Virus record (IMG/VR): IMGVR_UViG_3300010429_001449
Strand: one strand, 5' to 3'
Origin: a virus
Taxonomy: Duplodnaviria; Caudoviricetes
DNA: 64,000 nucleotides
A model generated the notes under the pieces. It was not told the DNA's origin, ran no database searches, and was given only the letters and a program-made list of their open reading frames with translations. Shown here one piece after another: positions 45,532 through 56,327 of this stretch. A program made the position numbers and the translations under genes. Numbering within the stretch: position 1 is the stretch's first letter; each line of letters opens with the position of its first letter.

Positions 45532-47304
45532 TTACTCGGACGCTTCTTCTGCTTCATCGGGCGCTGCGTCGCTTGCGCTCTTGCAAGCGGCGGCCAGATC
45601 GATGGCTTCGATCTCGCGCACCCACACGGATACGTCCTTCTCCGGCTTTGCCGTCGCCGTCTTCGTCTCCGTGCCCGGCTTTACGCCGTTGTTCAAGAAG
45701 TCGATGATGACCGACCATACAGCGTTGGACCATCCGCCGATGTTCAGAATATCGGCGTCGCCTTCCGGAGCCTGCGTACTGTCGTTGGCCGCAAGGTCCA
45801 AACAGACCATCCGTGCGCCTGGACAACGCGACCGCAGCGCATTGAACTGCGCCATGAGTTCCGTGCCGCCATTACGCACGGTACGTCCCCTAGAATCAAC
45901 CCACGACTCGTTGTCAGAAATGATGACAACGCGATTGATCTTCTGTTGCGCACGGTTGACCCGCGCCAGCGGAGCCGAAATGCACGTTCCGCCCCCACCG
46001 GCGTGTCGGATCGCATTAGTAAGCGTCAGAATCGAGTCCCTACGCTCCAACTTGACAGGAAGCACGTCGTTGGCGAACGGCATTACGGTCGATCCCATGT
46101 TCCTCTTGTAGAGGATGGCTGCCAGCAGCGAGGAAATGTCCGCGCACGTAGCCTTCGTCGTGGCCGAGCCACGGTAGCCGGTTACTGGCGCGTCCATCGA
46201 TCCCGACAGGTCTGGCGCAATCAGCAGAGCGCCGTCGATGCCGATCATGTTGCTCGTTGCGAGGTCCATCGCGTCGTGCAGTGCGTCCCGAATAGCTTCC
46301 GGAACTTCGGTGTGGACGAAATCGTAAGCCGTCTTGATCTCGTACGGGAAGGGCTTGACCCTTTCCTGAATCTCCTCCTTGTCCCGGAGCTTCTCCGCGA
46401 TGGCCTTGACAGCCTTCTCATTGCTGAACACGCCTTGACGCTTGTACGTATTCAGATTCTTGAGGGTCTGTCTCCAGCCGCCGCGCAGCGCAAGCTGCCG
46501 CCAATGCTCTTCCTTCAGAGGAAGCGACGACAGGAACTCCCAACGCACTCCCTTCGGAAGCGGGGCCGACTCACCCGCCAGCAATGCGGCCTTGAACGTC
46601 TCGTAGTCGCGGATGCACTTCGGCAGCTTGTCCCAGTCGGGAGCAAGCTCCGGGCGATTCGCGCAGAGCGCCTTGGCCTCACCGAGGGTGCGTGGGCACT
46701 TGCCGATCAAGTAGGCGAAGATAGCCCGTTCCTCTGCCGTGCGCGGCGTCGGGTGAACCATCTTGATTACGTCCGACAGGCTCACCGTGCCTTTGGCCGA
46801 TCCACCGACAGAGTCGCCGAAAAGCTGATCACCCGTGCGGCTCCGCAGCCAGTCACGAATGGCCTTCTTCGGAACCGCGCCAAGCGACTTCCGACCGACC
46901 GCACCGCTACGCATAATTTGCGTGAAGCCGAGCAGCATCTTGCCGTTCGTCACGACGCGACCGAAAGCGCGATTGAACCACGAACGACCGTCTGCGTCCC
47001 GCGAAGTCAGATGGGCAAGCAGGAGCGCCGGAGCGTCCTTCATTCCACCGTTTTCACGAGCGTACACAGCCGTCTTGGCAACGTATTCGGGCGTGTTGAC
47101 CGCAGCCAGGGCCAGCATCTTGGCCAGTTCGTTTTCTCCGCTCTGATAGAACGTTCCGCCCTCCGGAAGCGTTCCAGTCATGGCGAACTGGGCGAGCGCG
47201 TGCTTGTCCGTGAACTTGTAAGCCACTCCCCCTGCTTCGTTGACCGTGTTGGTCGGAGGAGCCGTACGACCTCTCTGCGTCTTAAAAAGCTTCTTCGCTG
47301 GCAT
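45532..47304 (-). CDS. rsr: Ro60/TROVE-domain RNA-binding protein with C-terminal vWA
   Basis: NEAGGVAY; LAQFAMTG; YARENGGMKDAPALL; DVIKMVHP; LKNLNT; DLSGSM; GGGT; SDNESW; IGGWS. Confidence 0.93.
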   Translation of the reverse strand: MPAKKLFKTQRGRTAPPTNTVNEAGGVAYKFTDKHALAQFAMTGTLPEGGTFYQSGENELAKMLALAAVNTPEYVAKTAVYARENGGMKDAPALLLAHLTSRDADGRSWFNRAFGRVVTNGKMLLGFTQIMRSGAVGRKSLGAVPKKAIRDWLRSRTGDQLFGDSVGGSAKGTVSLSDVIKMVHPTPRTAEERAIFAYLIGKCPRTLGEAKALCANRPELAPDWDKLPKCIRDYETFKAALLAGESAPLPKGVRWEFLSSLPLKEEHWRQLALRGGWRQTLKNLNTYKRQGVFSNEKAVKAIAEKLRDKEEIQERVKPFPYEIKTAYDFVHTEVPEAIRDALHDAMDLATSNMIGIDGALLIAPDLSGSMDAPVTGYRGSATTKATCADISSLLAAILYKRNMGSTVMPFANDVLPVKLERRDSILTLTNAIRHAGGGGTCISAPLARVNRAQQKINRVVIISDNESWVDSRGRTVRNGGTELMAQFNALRSRCPGARMVCLDLAANDSTQAPEGDADILNIGGWSNAVWSVIIDFLNNGVKPGTETKTATAKPEKDVSVWVREIEAIDLAAACKSASDAAPDEAEEASE

Positions 47305-47382
47305 TTCATGCTCCTTTCTAAGGGAAAGCCTTAGCGAATTAGGAGCCGCCGCGTTGTGCGGCGTTCCATAAGCAACACCCTT

Positions 47383-47410
47383 AGTATAACGGAGCGTATA
47401 GAAATGTCAA
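47383..47410 (-). promoter_or_regulatory. Promoter of the Ro60 gene, TTGACA-N16-TATACT
   Basis: Motif family copy. Confidence 0.82.
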
Positions 47411-47977
47411 GCGAATTATTGAGAATTTCTCGGATAGAGGGCGTCTAGGAGCCGGGCGGGACGACGTGGATTTCGGCTTCAATCGCGGCTTCGACTTCGA
47501 CCCACAGCAACCGTCCGACGACAGCGGCGGAGTACCCTTCCAGAATGTTGTTGACGATCAGTTCATCCACCAGAAAGGAGAGAACTGTTCTGTTTGCACC
47601 GCCGCCACGCGCAAAGGCTCCGCTGCCTACGCCTACGTTTCTCGTTGCAGATGTGAATGCCATTTCTCGACCCGTCCTTCGTTTCGTTTCAACACACGCG
47701 CCCGCAGGGGGCGCGAAAACAAACGATTAAAAGGCAATTGACCGCCTTTGCAACCTTCATAGCATCTGGTTTAACACACGGGGCGGCGGTTGTCAAGCAC
47801 TATAATTCAGCGTCTTGCCCGTTCAGAAGTTCCGCGATTACTTTTCGGCAAAGAACGCAGGTTATAGGCTTCTTGGCAGTGACACACTCAATACCCAGCG
47901 GCCACGACTGTCCGCAAGCAGTAGCAGCATAGACAGGTGTGATACCGTCGTGTACTTCCAGCCAAGCTACGTGTGTC

Positions 47978-48703
47978 TTAGACTTCGTCGGATTTCCCGG
48001 CGTTCCCTTCCTGACTATTAACAACGGCATCGGTTGCTTCCTTTCTCTTTCTGTCTCGGTAGTCGTAGTACCTACTCAGTGCGCCGAGTTGGGCTATCCC
48101 ATCCATTTTGTAGGGCCACGTATGCCTTTCCCTGATGCGCTGCTCCAGAACATTGAAACCGGGCAGCCACGGCAAGGCCGCCTCGATTGTCGTGTGTGCA
48201 AAACGCCGCTTGTGCCACGCATCAGGCTCACTTAAGCAAACAGCGTCCCATGTATCTCCGCGCCTGCGCCACTGACGCTCCGTTAGATGCTCCGGCATAT
48301 CGGTGTTATCCCAGTAGCCGTACTCTTCAACGTAAGGAGCCAAGCCCACAATGTCAGGAGGTTCGCACACACTGGCGAAGATAGGCTGGATGTACCAGTG
48401 CCGTTTGTAAGGCCAAGCGTTGAAACAGGTATCAACATTGCCGGGATGGTGACACTGTTCGTGCGCGACAACGGCAAGGAAAAAGAAGTCGCAGAGCGCC
48501 AGGAATGGCGCTGCGTTTTCCTTCGATATACCTTCGGGAACGCGCTTCTCCCATCCCTCTGCCAACGAATCCGGCACCATTGCAGTAACGGCTTTGTCCA
48601 AGAAGGCTGTAACCGTATCGAACGCAGCGGCGTCGAACAAATCAGTGAACTCGCCGAGCTTGCTGTACGGGATACGATAGCCGTGATACATCTTCGTGCT
48701 CAC
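47978..48703 (-). CDS. Phage hypothetical protein
   Basis: STKMYHGY...EEYGYWDNTD.PE...W..RG..W. Confidence 0.6.
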   Translation of the reverse strand: MSTKMYHGYRIPYSKLGEFTDLFDAAAFDTVTAFLDKAVTAMVPDSLAEGWEKRVPEGISKENAAPFLALCDFFFLAVVAHEQCHHPGNVDTCFNAWPYKRHWYIQPIFASVCEPPDIVGLAPYVEEYGYWDNTDMPEHLTERQWRRRGDTWDAVCLSEPDAWHKRRFAHTTIEAALPWLPGFNVLEQRIRERHTWPYKMDGIAQLGALSRYYDYRDRKRKEATDAVVNSQEGNAGKSDEV

Positions 48704-48922
48704 TCTTTCTCTCCGCACGCCAACGCCGTCTGCAGTTTTTCTATCTTTTCCCGCATCGCCTCGCGGCACCGTAAGCACGTAACATTCCCAGGCGTAATTA
48801 GTTGCGATTCGTCCGAATACCAGCAACGTCCGCAGAAAGTCATCCTAGAGCGAACACCTGTCGTGGTGTCCAAGCCAAATTGCTCGACGAAATGCGTTTT
48901 GCTTCCCGGCACGCGCTTACCA

Positions 48923-50344
48923 TTACGAAGAGGTACTATCCGCATCTTCCGTCTCCTTTCGCCAATAGGCCAAACGCGCCTCTGCCATCTGAATGTACTC
49001 GGGGCATTCGTCTATGCCAATGCCGCGCAGACCTTCCAGCGCGGCGGCGCACAAAATGGAACCAGAACCGCAGAACGGGTCCAGAACGAGACCGCCTACG
49101 GGAGTAATGAGCCGCAAGAGGTATTTGCAAAGTTGCAACGGCTTTACGGTCGGGTGAACGTTTCCTTCGCCCCGGAGTCGTGGCCGTTGCTTAGTCTCCG
49201 TATAGATTCGTTCTTCCTCTGCTAGGAGAGTTTCCCACGTTGCTTTGTCTATGCGGACAATGCCGCTTGGACGACTGCTGTCGAGCCGCCAGTAGAAGTC
49301 TTCAAGACCTTTGTTTCTCTCACTTGGCGCAGCCTTAGAGCAGTAAAAATAGCGCGAAGCGCCGCCTTCGTCGGTATGTCCTCGCGCCCCGCGATTCGTC
49401 TGAAACGTACCGCCCCACGTGTTGCCCAAAGGCGCTTCGCTAGGAGCTTCGATCCGTTTGGTTTTCGAGTAACCGCTCTGTTCGTCTAGCTCTTTGGCCG
49501 GGCAGCCATCAACACAATCCTCCGAGCCGGGAAAGCACTTGAAAAAACGCGAAGCGCCTCCTTCATCCGCGTAGGAATCCCGCAAAATTGCCTTGTCCGG
49601 CATATCCCCGCCGTACCCGCCTTGTCCTTTGGACTTCTTGCGTTCCTGACCAGCAGCCATACGTCCGCTTTTCAAGTGGCCGCTCTGTTCATCCAACTCA
49701 TGCGCGGGACATTCCTCGGAACATGCCTCTCCGCACTCCGGAGAGTGCGTAAACACTACGTCGGCGGGAAAACGGCCTACGTCGGTCGTTCCCACGGCGC
49801 GGCAGCCCTTCAAACCCGTGCCGTAAGCGTGTCGTTCCTCGTTGTCGTTGTTTCCTGTCGTTCTGAGGGGTCTCCCGGCGGCTGGGATGCGACAATCATC
49901 TATGCGGAGGGTTCCAGTGCCCCAGGTCTCGATATTTCGCTCTACAGACCCGTCGCAGGGCTTCTGGCCGAAAATCCATTCCTCGGTTGCGGGCTTCAGT
50001 TGGTGTTTGCTTTTGGGCCATCCTTGTCCGAAATGATGATAGACCTTACCTTTGATGTAAAATCCGCCGTCTTCCACGGCGGTAGCCGTCCAATGAGCCG
50101 TGCGCGGGAGAGACCAGACAAGGATGTGGCCGCCCGGTTTCAGGACGCGGTAGCATTCCGTCATCACGGACGCCAACCACGCCACCCATTTATCGCGGCC
50201 CCCTCTATCCGAATCCCATCCTACACGGGAATCCATGAAGTTAATAGCTGCAGGGGGGTCCGTAACTATCGAATCAACACAGTTGTCGCCCATTTCCGTG
50301 AGCAGAGCGAGGCAATCACCAGTCAAGAGCTTAAACGGTTCCAC
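48923..50344 (-). CDS. Large N4/N6 DNA methyltransferase with internal duplication
   Basis: TDPPA; LKPA.E; HPTVKP; DPFCGSGS; ELDEQSG...DEGGASR occurs twice. Confidence 0.88.
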   Translation of the reverse strand: MEPFKLLTGDCLALLTEMGDNCVDSIVTDPPAAINFMDSRVGWDSDRGGRDKWVAWLASVMTECYRVLKPGGHILVWSLPRTAHWTATAVEDGGFYIKGKVYHHFGQGWPKSKHQLKPATEEWIFGQKPCDGSVERNIETWGTGTLRIDDCRIPAAGRPLRTTGNNDNEERHAYGTGLKGCRAVGTTDVGRFPADVVFTHSPECGEACSEECPAHELDEQSGHLKSGRMAAGQERKKSKGQGGYGGDMPDKAILRDSYADEGGASRFFKCFPGSEDCVDGCPAKELDEQSGYSKTKRIEAPSEAPLGNTWGGTFQTNRGARGHTDEGGASRYFYCSKAAPSERNKGLEDFYWRLDSSRPSGIVRIDKATWETLLAEEERIYTETKQRPRLRGEGNVHPTVKPLQLCKYLLRLITPVGGLVLDPFCGSGSILCAAALEGLRGIGIDECPEYIQMAEARLAYWRKETEDADSTSS

Positions 50345-51677
50345 GTTTTTTTCTCCACACATAGACGCACTTGCGAAGTTCCTGTCTGCCATTCTTGGCC
50401 ATCTGCTGGCTGCTGTTGCCTTTTCCGTGCGGGACTACCCAGATAGCCTCTACGTCAAAGCCGACATGCTGAGCGAAATCGGAGAGAATGAGGTCTACCG
50501 GAATAGGTATCCATTGATACTGCACGTTGTCATTGACCATCACGAAAGGAGCGCCTTCTTTAAGCAGGACGGCGGCCTGCGCGATAACCAAGCTCATCTC
50601 AAAGAAGTAATTATAGACCAGTACCGTTATTTTGGGGTTATTCAGCATCCCCGTAGCGCGGCAAAAGATCAGTTTCGCCACAATCTCGGCGAGGTCTTTC
50701 TGCGCCTCGAACGCCGTCTTAGCCGCTGCGTAAACGTCGGCGGAGAAATAGCCGGTCAAATCCGTCTTGCTAAGATTCTCCACGGTACAACTCAGCATAG
50801 CCTGGCGAAGCGATTTCACCGCATCAGCACTTTCGCCGAGCAGAGCCAATTCCAGAGCGTACGTTCGCGTGTAGTCGTAGCGGTTGCAGTAGGGAGGGGA
50901 AGTGATTATGCCGTCAAAACTGGCTGGTGCGAGCAAGCCCATGATCTGTAGGCACGATCCTTTAATCAACGAGACACGCCCTTTGTGCCCGTCTGGAACA
51001 GCGCCCGCCAACAAGTCGGCCTCTATGCGAGCTAGTTTACTCTGGATTGCCTGCGTGAAAGATGCGATGTGGCGCTTGTGAAATGTCTTTCCCGCCGAAT
51101 GGCCGGAGCGACTATCCCACCGCAAGTACTGACCGTCTTTCCGAGTGTAACTGATTTCCTCCAGAACGCTCAGCGCGGCGAGACCCAACACACGCCCTAG
51201 CACGATGTTATGCACCCGACATGCGTCATAACGGTAACGGCACAACTGCCGTTCGGTTTCTGGAGGAAACGCGCCGCGTGTAATCGGCAGATGATAGAAT
51301 GGAATCGTCTCTCCTGCGCGTTCCCACGAACGCGCCTCACTAAACCGTTTGATTCCGTCCGCCAAGTCTTTCTTATCGCTCACACCTACATCTCTGAGCG
51401 CACTGATTACTACCTGCCCGTAGGGCAGAAGTTCAATGCCCGTCGCTGAGAGTCCTGCATTACTCGCGGCGAAGAGCGTCGTCCCTGTGCCAGCAAACGG
51501 GTCCAACACACAGCCGGATTTGAGGCCAGTCTTAGCCAAGACATACGTCACAAAGTCCGCCGAGAAGCCTTCTCTGAACGGACACCAACCGTAGCTACCG
51601 TTGTCCTTGTTGCCCTGAGAGCTAACAAGTTGTCGGGTCAAATCGGGATTAATCTGTAGCTTGTCTGTAACAGACAT
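50331..51677 (-). CDS. Alpha-class (probable N4-cytosine) DNA methyltransferase
   Basis: DPFAGTGTT precedes ITSPPY. Confidence 0.85.
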   Translation of the reverse strand: MSVTDKLQINPDLTRQLVSSQGNKDNGSYGWCPFREGFSADFVTYVLAKTGLKSGCVLDPFAGTGTTLFAASNAGLSATGIELLPYGQVVISALRDVGVSDKKDLADGIKRFSEARSWERAGETIPFYHLPITRGAFPPETERQLCRYRYDACRVHNIVLGRVLGLAALSVLEEISYTRKDGQYLRWDSRSGHSAGKTFHKRHIASFTQAIQSKLARIEADLLAGAVPDGHKGRVSLIKGSCLQIMGLLAPASFDGIITSPPYCNRYDYTRTYALELALLGESADAVKSLRQAMLSCTVENLSKTDLTGYFSADVYAAAKTAFEAQKDLAEIVAKLIFCRATGMLNNPKITVLVYNYFFEMSLVIAQAAVLLKEGAPFVMVNDNVQYQWIPIPVDLILSDFAQHVGFDVEAIWVVPHGKGNSSQQMAKNGRQELRKCVYVWRKKRGTV

Positions 51678-52312
51678 TATTCGTCCCTCTCGCAGGAACC
51701 GTTCCGAAGAACGATCCAAAAGCAGTGCTGCTTACGGAGATGCTTTACAGTCTTCCACATGCTGGACTTCAAGTGTCCCGCGCACGGGTCCACCTTTACG
51801 AGCATATCGCACGGAGTTAGCCCCTGAACCACCGCTTCGTTAATCAGGGCGACGTGCTGCCACTGGTACTTGTGGTTGCGAACAAGGTCCGCAATCTTCA
51901 CAAGCACAATAGCGTTGGGTTTCAAAAGTCGCTTAAACTCAGCCAGCGCGGACGGAAACAGCCCTACCACCGTATCTTTCTCGCGCCCGTCCGTGAACTT
52001 CGGCGTGTTGTATCGCTGGTTGTAGATGCTCGATTCACTGATGTTCCCCGGCCAATGAGGCGGGTCGAACACGATTACGTCGAAGGAAGCGTCCGGAAAA
52101 GGAAGTTGGCGAAAGTCGGCGGCAACATCTACGGACAGAGTCGGGTCTTTGTCTGTCTTTATTGTCGGAGCGAGCGCAGCCTTCTTCCACATGCGCCCGC
52201 CGCCGTAGGTGCAATCAAGGATTGCCGGTTCCGGCGGCGCGTGTACGGAAAGAAGGACGTTGAGCGCTTCAGAATCCGTCCCGAACAGCAACGACATTGG
52301 GCGATCTGCCAC
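51677..52312 (-). CDS. Small phage-type amino DNA methyltransferase
   Basis: ILDCTYGGG; DFRQLPF; VFDPPH. Confidence 0.8.
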   Translation of the reverse strand: MADRPMSLLFGTDSEALNVLLSVHAPPEPAILDCTYGGGRMWKKAALAPTIKTDKDPTLSVDVAADFRQLPFPDASFDVIVFDPPHWPGNISESSIYNQRYNTPKFTDGREKDTVVGLFPSALAEFKRLLKPNAIVLVKIADLVRNHKYQWQHVALINEAVVQGLTPCDMLVKVDPCAGHLKSSMWKTVKHLRKQHCFWIVLRNGSCERDE

Positions 52313-53190
52313 CGTCGACTCCTACGGGTTAGGGACAGCGTCGAGAATCGCCATAACCTCGCGGAGAAAATCAAGCTGCGTAAGCACCAGTTTGACCTCC
52401 GGTCCCTCCAGCGGGTTGCTGTCGCTCTTTCGCGCAACAGCCGTCACCGCCTTTCCAACTTCCGCGTAGCAGCGCTCGCGCTCTGCCGAGACCAAGAGGA
52501 AAATGTCTTTCAACATAGACCTCAACACCCGCGCATCTCGGTCGCTACCGTCCGCCTTTTTGACGTTTTCTTCTCCGACGTAGTCAGACGACTTACACAT
52601 GCTTGTTCTTCTCCATCAAAATCCAGTGTTTGTTTGTATTGGGATGCGGCGGCAAGAAGTCCTTGAGCATTTCCGGTTCTGTTACGAACTGCAAGGGACC
52701 GAGCCATGAATTGACGACACTGACCAGATTCCCTCGTTCCGCATCCACAACCGGCCAAGCACACACGGCGTGCAGATTGAACAGGGGGTGCATTATCGTG
52801 AGAATGCCGCCACGCCTGCAGACCTCACGCCAATCAGCAGTCTGTTCCATCCTCAACCCAAAGTATTCGACGGTCTCTTTCGCGCAGATCGTGCTTCCGA
52901 AGCGACACTTGGCAACATCCTGCGCGGCGTCTATGTCCGCCACGTCGCCGCCCAAGCACAACACTAAGTTGGCGCAAGCGTAGACGAAACAACACGTACC
53001 GCCGCGTTGCTCAAACCACGACGAGCACACCGTAGAACCTACGGCAATATTCCCAAGTCCCAAAGGTCATTCTCCTTTTCTTCGATGGAGTGATCGGGAC
53101 AGAAGGCTTCACCGTCGTCTCCTATCCCCCGCAACGATGCCCGCTACCACGAAGACACCGACTACTACTGCTATGATTGTTCGAGCACGC

Positions 53191-53616
53191 TTACGACTCC
53201 TTTCTCGCACGGCGGACGAATCCGTAAGGGAGACACCCGAAACGAATGTCATCGTCGGTCTCGCCGCGCTTGAACGGCTCTTCTTTGCCGAAGATAGTCG
53301 TGATCGTGTAACCATCGGGAAGATGCTCGTACCATTCGCCGGGGAATAACCAGAGGACGTTTCCTTCCTCGTCGGGATCACGCCACCTACCCAGGCAAAG
53401 TTCTACCAACTCATCGTCGGTAGCGTTCTCGCGCAGCCTGTCGAGATCATCAGCGCTTCGCGGAACCCACTTGACGCGCCGCTGGTCGGGACGCTCGAAC
53501 TGGGGCGTGATGATTTCGATCTTCTCACCGGAGCCTGCGCCCAGAATGCGTTGAAGGGCGCTTGCAAGGTCTGCGCCGTCCAGCTTTTTCGGTTCAAACG
53601 ACTTCTTCGCGGACAT
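53191..53616 (-). CDS. Hypothetical protein
   Basis: WLFPGEWY...DDDIRFGCLPYG. Confidence 0.6.
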   Translation of the reverse strand: MSAKKSFEPKKLDGADLASALQRILGAGSGEKIEIITPQFERPDQRRVKWVPRSADDLDRLRENATDDELVELCLGRWRDPDEEGNVLWLFPGEWYEHLPDGYTITTIFGKEEPFKRGETDDDIRFGCLPYGFVRRARKES

Positions 53617-53618
53617 GA

Positions 53619-54086
53619 TTATCGTCCTCCAAAGGGTAAGAGGGGTACCTCTCCTGAGCTTAGCATACGCGCTACGTGAGGCATAGCGGCGTCGCCTATG
53701 GTTTGACCCGTCGGAAGCATTATCCACGGCAGGAACGCCTTCTCGGGCGGCAGCACATCGTTTTCTACGGCTTCGAGGGCTGCCTTGAGAATCAGGAGCA
53801 GAACGCGCCACTGCTGACGACAAGAGGCTTCCCAAGCCTGTTGCACAGCGCTTTCCGAACGATCAAGACCCGTAGGCGTCTTTGTGAACTCCGGCGCGGC
53901 GGGATCAGGAAGCGGCACACGAATCGCCAGCGGGAGACTGCGGTAGGTGAACTGCACAAGCGCCTGCCGCTGCCGCTGACTGCTCCCAGTAATCACATCG
54001 TCCGCGCCGTATTTGCGAAGCGTGCGTTCGATATCGGCTTGGGTCCGATTCACAGGAACGTCGGTATTAACGGCGTACTTACTCAC
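53619..54086 (-). CDS. Phage hypothetical protein
   Basis: YAVNTDVP...RQQWRVLLLILKA.LEA...AFLP. Confidence 0.65.
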   Translation of the reverse strand: MSKYAVNTDVPVNRTQADIERTLRKYGADDVITGSSQRQRQALVQFTYRSLPLAIRVPLPDPAAPEFTKTPTGLDRSESAVQQAWEASCRQQWRVLLLILKAALEAVENDVLPPEKAFLPWIMLPTGQTIGDAAMPHVARMLSSGEVPLLPFGGR

Positions 54087-55030
54087 AGGGCTTCCTTCGG
54101 ACGACCCGCCGCAAACGCCTCAAACGCTCGCGTCGCGCTCATCACTTCGTCGTGAATGGCGGTAAGTTGAGCGCGGTCAGTAGGCATCACCTTTCGGAGC
54201 GCCCACAGACGATCCTTCATCTCCAGCAGCAGACGGTAGTCCTCGGCGAGTTGTTTCTCCGTTTCTATAGGCGCGGTTTCCGGCTGTGGGACATCCTCTG
54301 GCGATCCCGCCTTGTGTTCCTTTGCCCACTGCTCCGCGAACGCAGCATCGTACAAACAACGAACGGGGCGCGAAAGCGGCACGAGTTCCGTTGCGATAAT
54401 ATTGCGTAGGATGCTGTCGAACGTCTCTTTATTGAACGGGCCGTCCAACAAGTCGTGCCCCCGCTCCCAATCCTCGCCCGGTTCGAGCTTGCGACACAGG
54501 CACTGACCGCCGAGATAACCGGCGTAGCCTTTGTCGTCTGGCGGACGGAATACGAGGACGTACTTCCGCTCAGGCGTGAACAACACCAATCTGCCGTGCC
54601 GCTCCTTCTCGTCGACGAAAACGTAGTCGTCGATATTGCCACCCCGCGACTCTACGAGATACCGCGCCCAGCTCTTGATCATCGCCGCCGCTTCCTCAAG
54701 CAGATTGCGCGAGCTTTTTTCACAAGGGGGCCGAGGACACGCTTGATGAAACTCGTTGCAGTAAGCATCCCATACTCTTGGCAACAGATAATTACGGATG
54801 CGATCTATCTCGTCGCTTACGTCAGCAAGCATGAAGAAGCTACTGTCTCCTGCCGAGTGCCAGATCAACTTGTCCAATCTGTTAACGGCCTGGACAACAG
54901 ACATCATCAACTCTTCGCTCTTCGACATCTCTCTATTCGACACGCTTATTTCCTTTCGTTTTCTCACAACAAGATTCCACCGTAGCGTATCCGAGCTTTC
55001 CGTACTATCCGACGCGGGCGTGTAATTCAC
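54083..55030 (-). CDS. Hypothetical protein
   Basis: 315-aa ORF; start uncertain. Confidence 0.55.
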   Translation of the reverse strand: MNYTPASDSTESSDTLRWNLVVRKRKEISVSNREMSKSEELMMSVVQAVNRLDKLIWHSAGDSSFFMLADVSDEIDRIRNYLLPRVWDAYCNEFHQACPRPPCEKSSRNLLEEAAAMIKSWARYLVESRGGNIDDYVFVDEKERHGRLVLFTPERKYVLVFRPPDDKGYAGYLGGQCLCRKLEPGEDWERGHDLLDGPFNKETFDSILRNIIATELVPLSRPVRCLYDAAFAEQWAKEHKAGSPEDVPQPETAPIETEKQLAEDYRLLLEMKDRLWALRKVMPTDRAQLTAIHDEVMSATRAFEAFAAGRPKEAL

Positions 55031-55475
55031 GAAGTAACGCTTCAGTCGTAGCGCAGCCCAAGGGGGGATCGCACAGATGCGCGGCCAGAATTTCCGCGAA
55101 CGCTTCCGCGAGATCAGGGTCCATCACTTTTGATGACGTTTTCGCCGTACACCAGGCGCGGGCAGCTTCTTGGCGAGCAAACTCCATTCGACGTTCCTGT
55201 TCTGTTTTCGTAATCTCAGACATTTCCTTTTCTCCTTATCTCAACAATCGCAGCGTCTATCGAAGACGACAACTTGCCTTTGTCGCCACGAACCGCCGCG
55301 CTGATTAGCGAGCGAATAGCCTCTCTCTTTTCCGGCGACCACGACGCCACGGCGCAGCTACAACACAAAACCTCAGCGTCGCCCGGCAACACATTCTCAA
55401 GACTTTTGCGCCCGCACTTGGAGCAAACAATCCACTTCTTAGACATGAAAATCACCTTTCGGGCGCAATCCTTTA

Positions 55476-56327
55476 TCAAGCACCGGCAGCCCCTCCGACT
55501 TTTCGGTAACACGTCTTGCCGTCCGGCTGCTCCTGTTCTTCGAGATAGCCCATCACCACCGCCATCATAAACAGGCTTCGCGCTAAGTCGTCTGGAATAT
55601 CCACATGCACTCGAATTCGAGCGAGGACGACCGCGCTGGGCATCCATTCGTAAGGCAACGACCTTACAGCGGCGGCAAAAGCCCGCTTCGTAGCGTCGCT
55701 GAATTGAATGGGGCGATCATCCTTGTGCTGCTTGAACCAGTCGTCCGTGGGATAGTACGCGCAGAACGCCTTGTAACCACAAGTGCACGTAACGTCCCAC
55801 GCAACACCTAACTCATGGAGTTCAGGCTCTCTGCCATCTATGATGACGAAGCCGCTGGTCTTGATTTCGACCTCCCGCGTCATCAGCATTTCGTAGATGT
55901 GGACGAGGTGGGCATCCCCGTAAGCAAGCCGCTCGCCACAGACCGGGCAGAAAGAGCCTATATGCGCGGTTGGCTTGATTGCAGAAACGTCAACGTCCGG
56001 GCGAAGCCTCGGAGCCTTGCGAGAATCCCACGCCTTTTGTGGAACGTCACCAAAGAAACCGCCGTGCGCATCGAGCCAGTCGTGCCATTCCTTCGGGGCT
56101 GGATAGGCAGTCGTTGCTTCGTAGCCGCAATCACACCAAACGTCCCAAACAGGGCCGCGCTTACCTATCTCCGGCAGAACGCTAAAATCAGGCAGACCGA
56201 AGTACGCAAGTATTTCGCACCCTCCGACCATTAGCATGTCTACGATGTAGGCAGAGTCACTAGCATCTAAGTAGACCAACGGCTTGCCGCAGCGGGGGCA
56301 GTATGCGCCTTTTCGTTCTGTATTCAT
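55476..56327 (-). CDS. Hypothetical protein with two internal Zn-binding repeats
   Basis: CP.CG..L.Y.DA...WDV.C.CGY.A occurs twice. Confidence 0.6.
   Translation of the reverse strand: MNTERKGAYCPRCGKPLVYLDASDSAYIVDMLMVGGCEILAYFGLPDFSVLPEIGKRGPVWDVWCDCGYEATTAYPAPKEWHDWLDAHGGFFGDVPQKAWDSRKAPRLRPDVDVSAIKPTAHIGSFCPVCGERLAYGDAHLVHIYEMLMTREVEIKTSGFVIIDGREPELHELGVAWDVTCTCGYKAFCAYYPTDDWFKQHKDDRPIQFSDATKRAFAAAVRSLPYEWMPSAVVLARIRVHVDIPDDLARSLFMMAVVMGYLEEQEQPDGKTCYRKVGGAAGA

Noticed and set aside
45946-47334. Long plus-strand ORFs such as 45946-47334, 41469-42623, 60928-61860, and minus-strand 31238-32416
   Set aside because: Antisense shadows of well-supported genes in GC-rich DNA.
48923-52312. Restriction-modification system
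   Set aside because: No recognisable endonuclease beside any methyltransferase.
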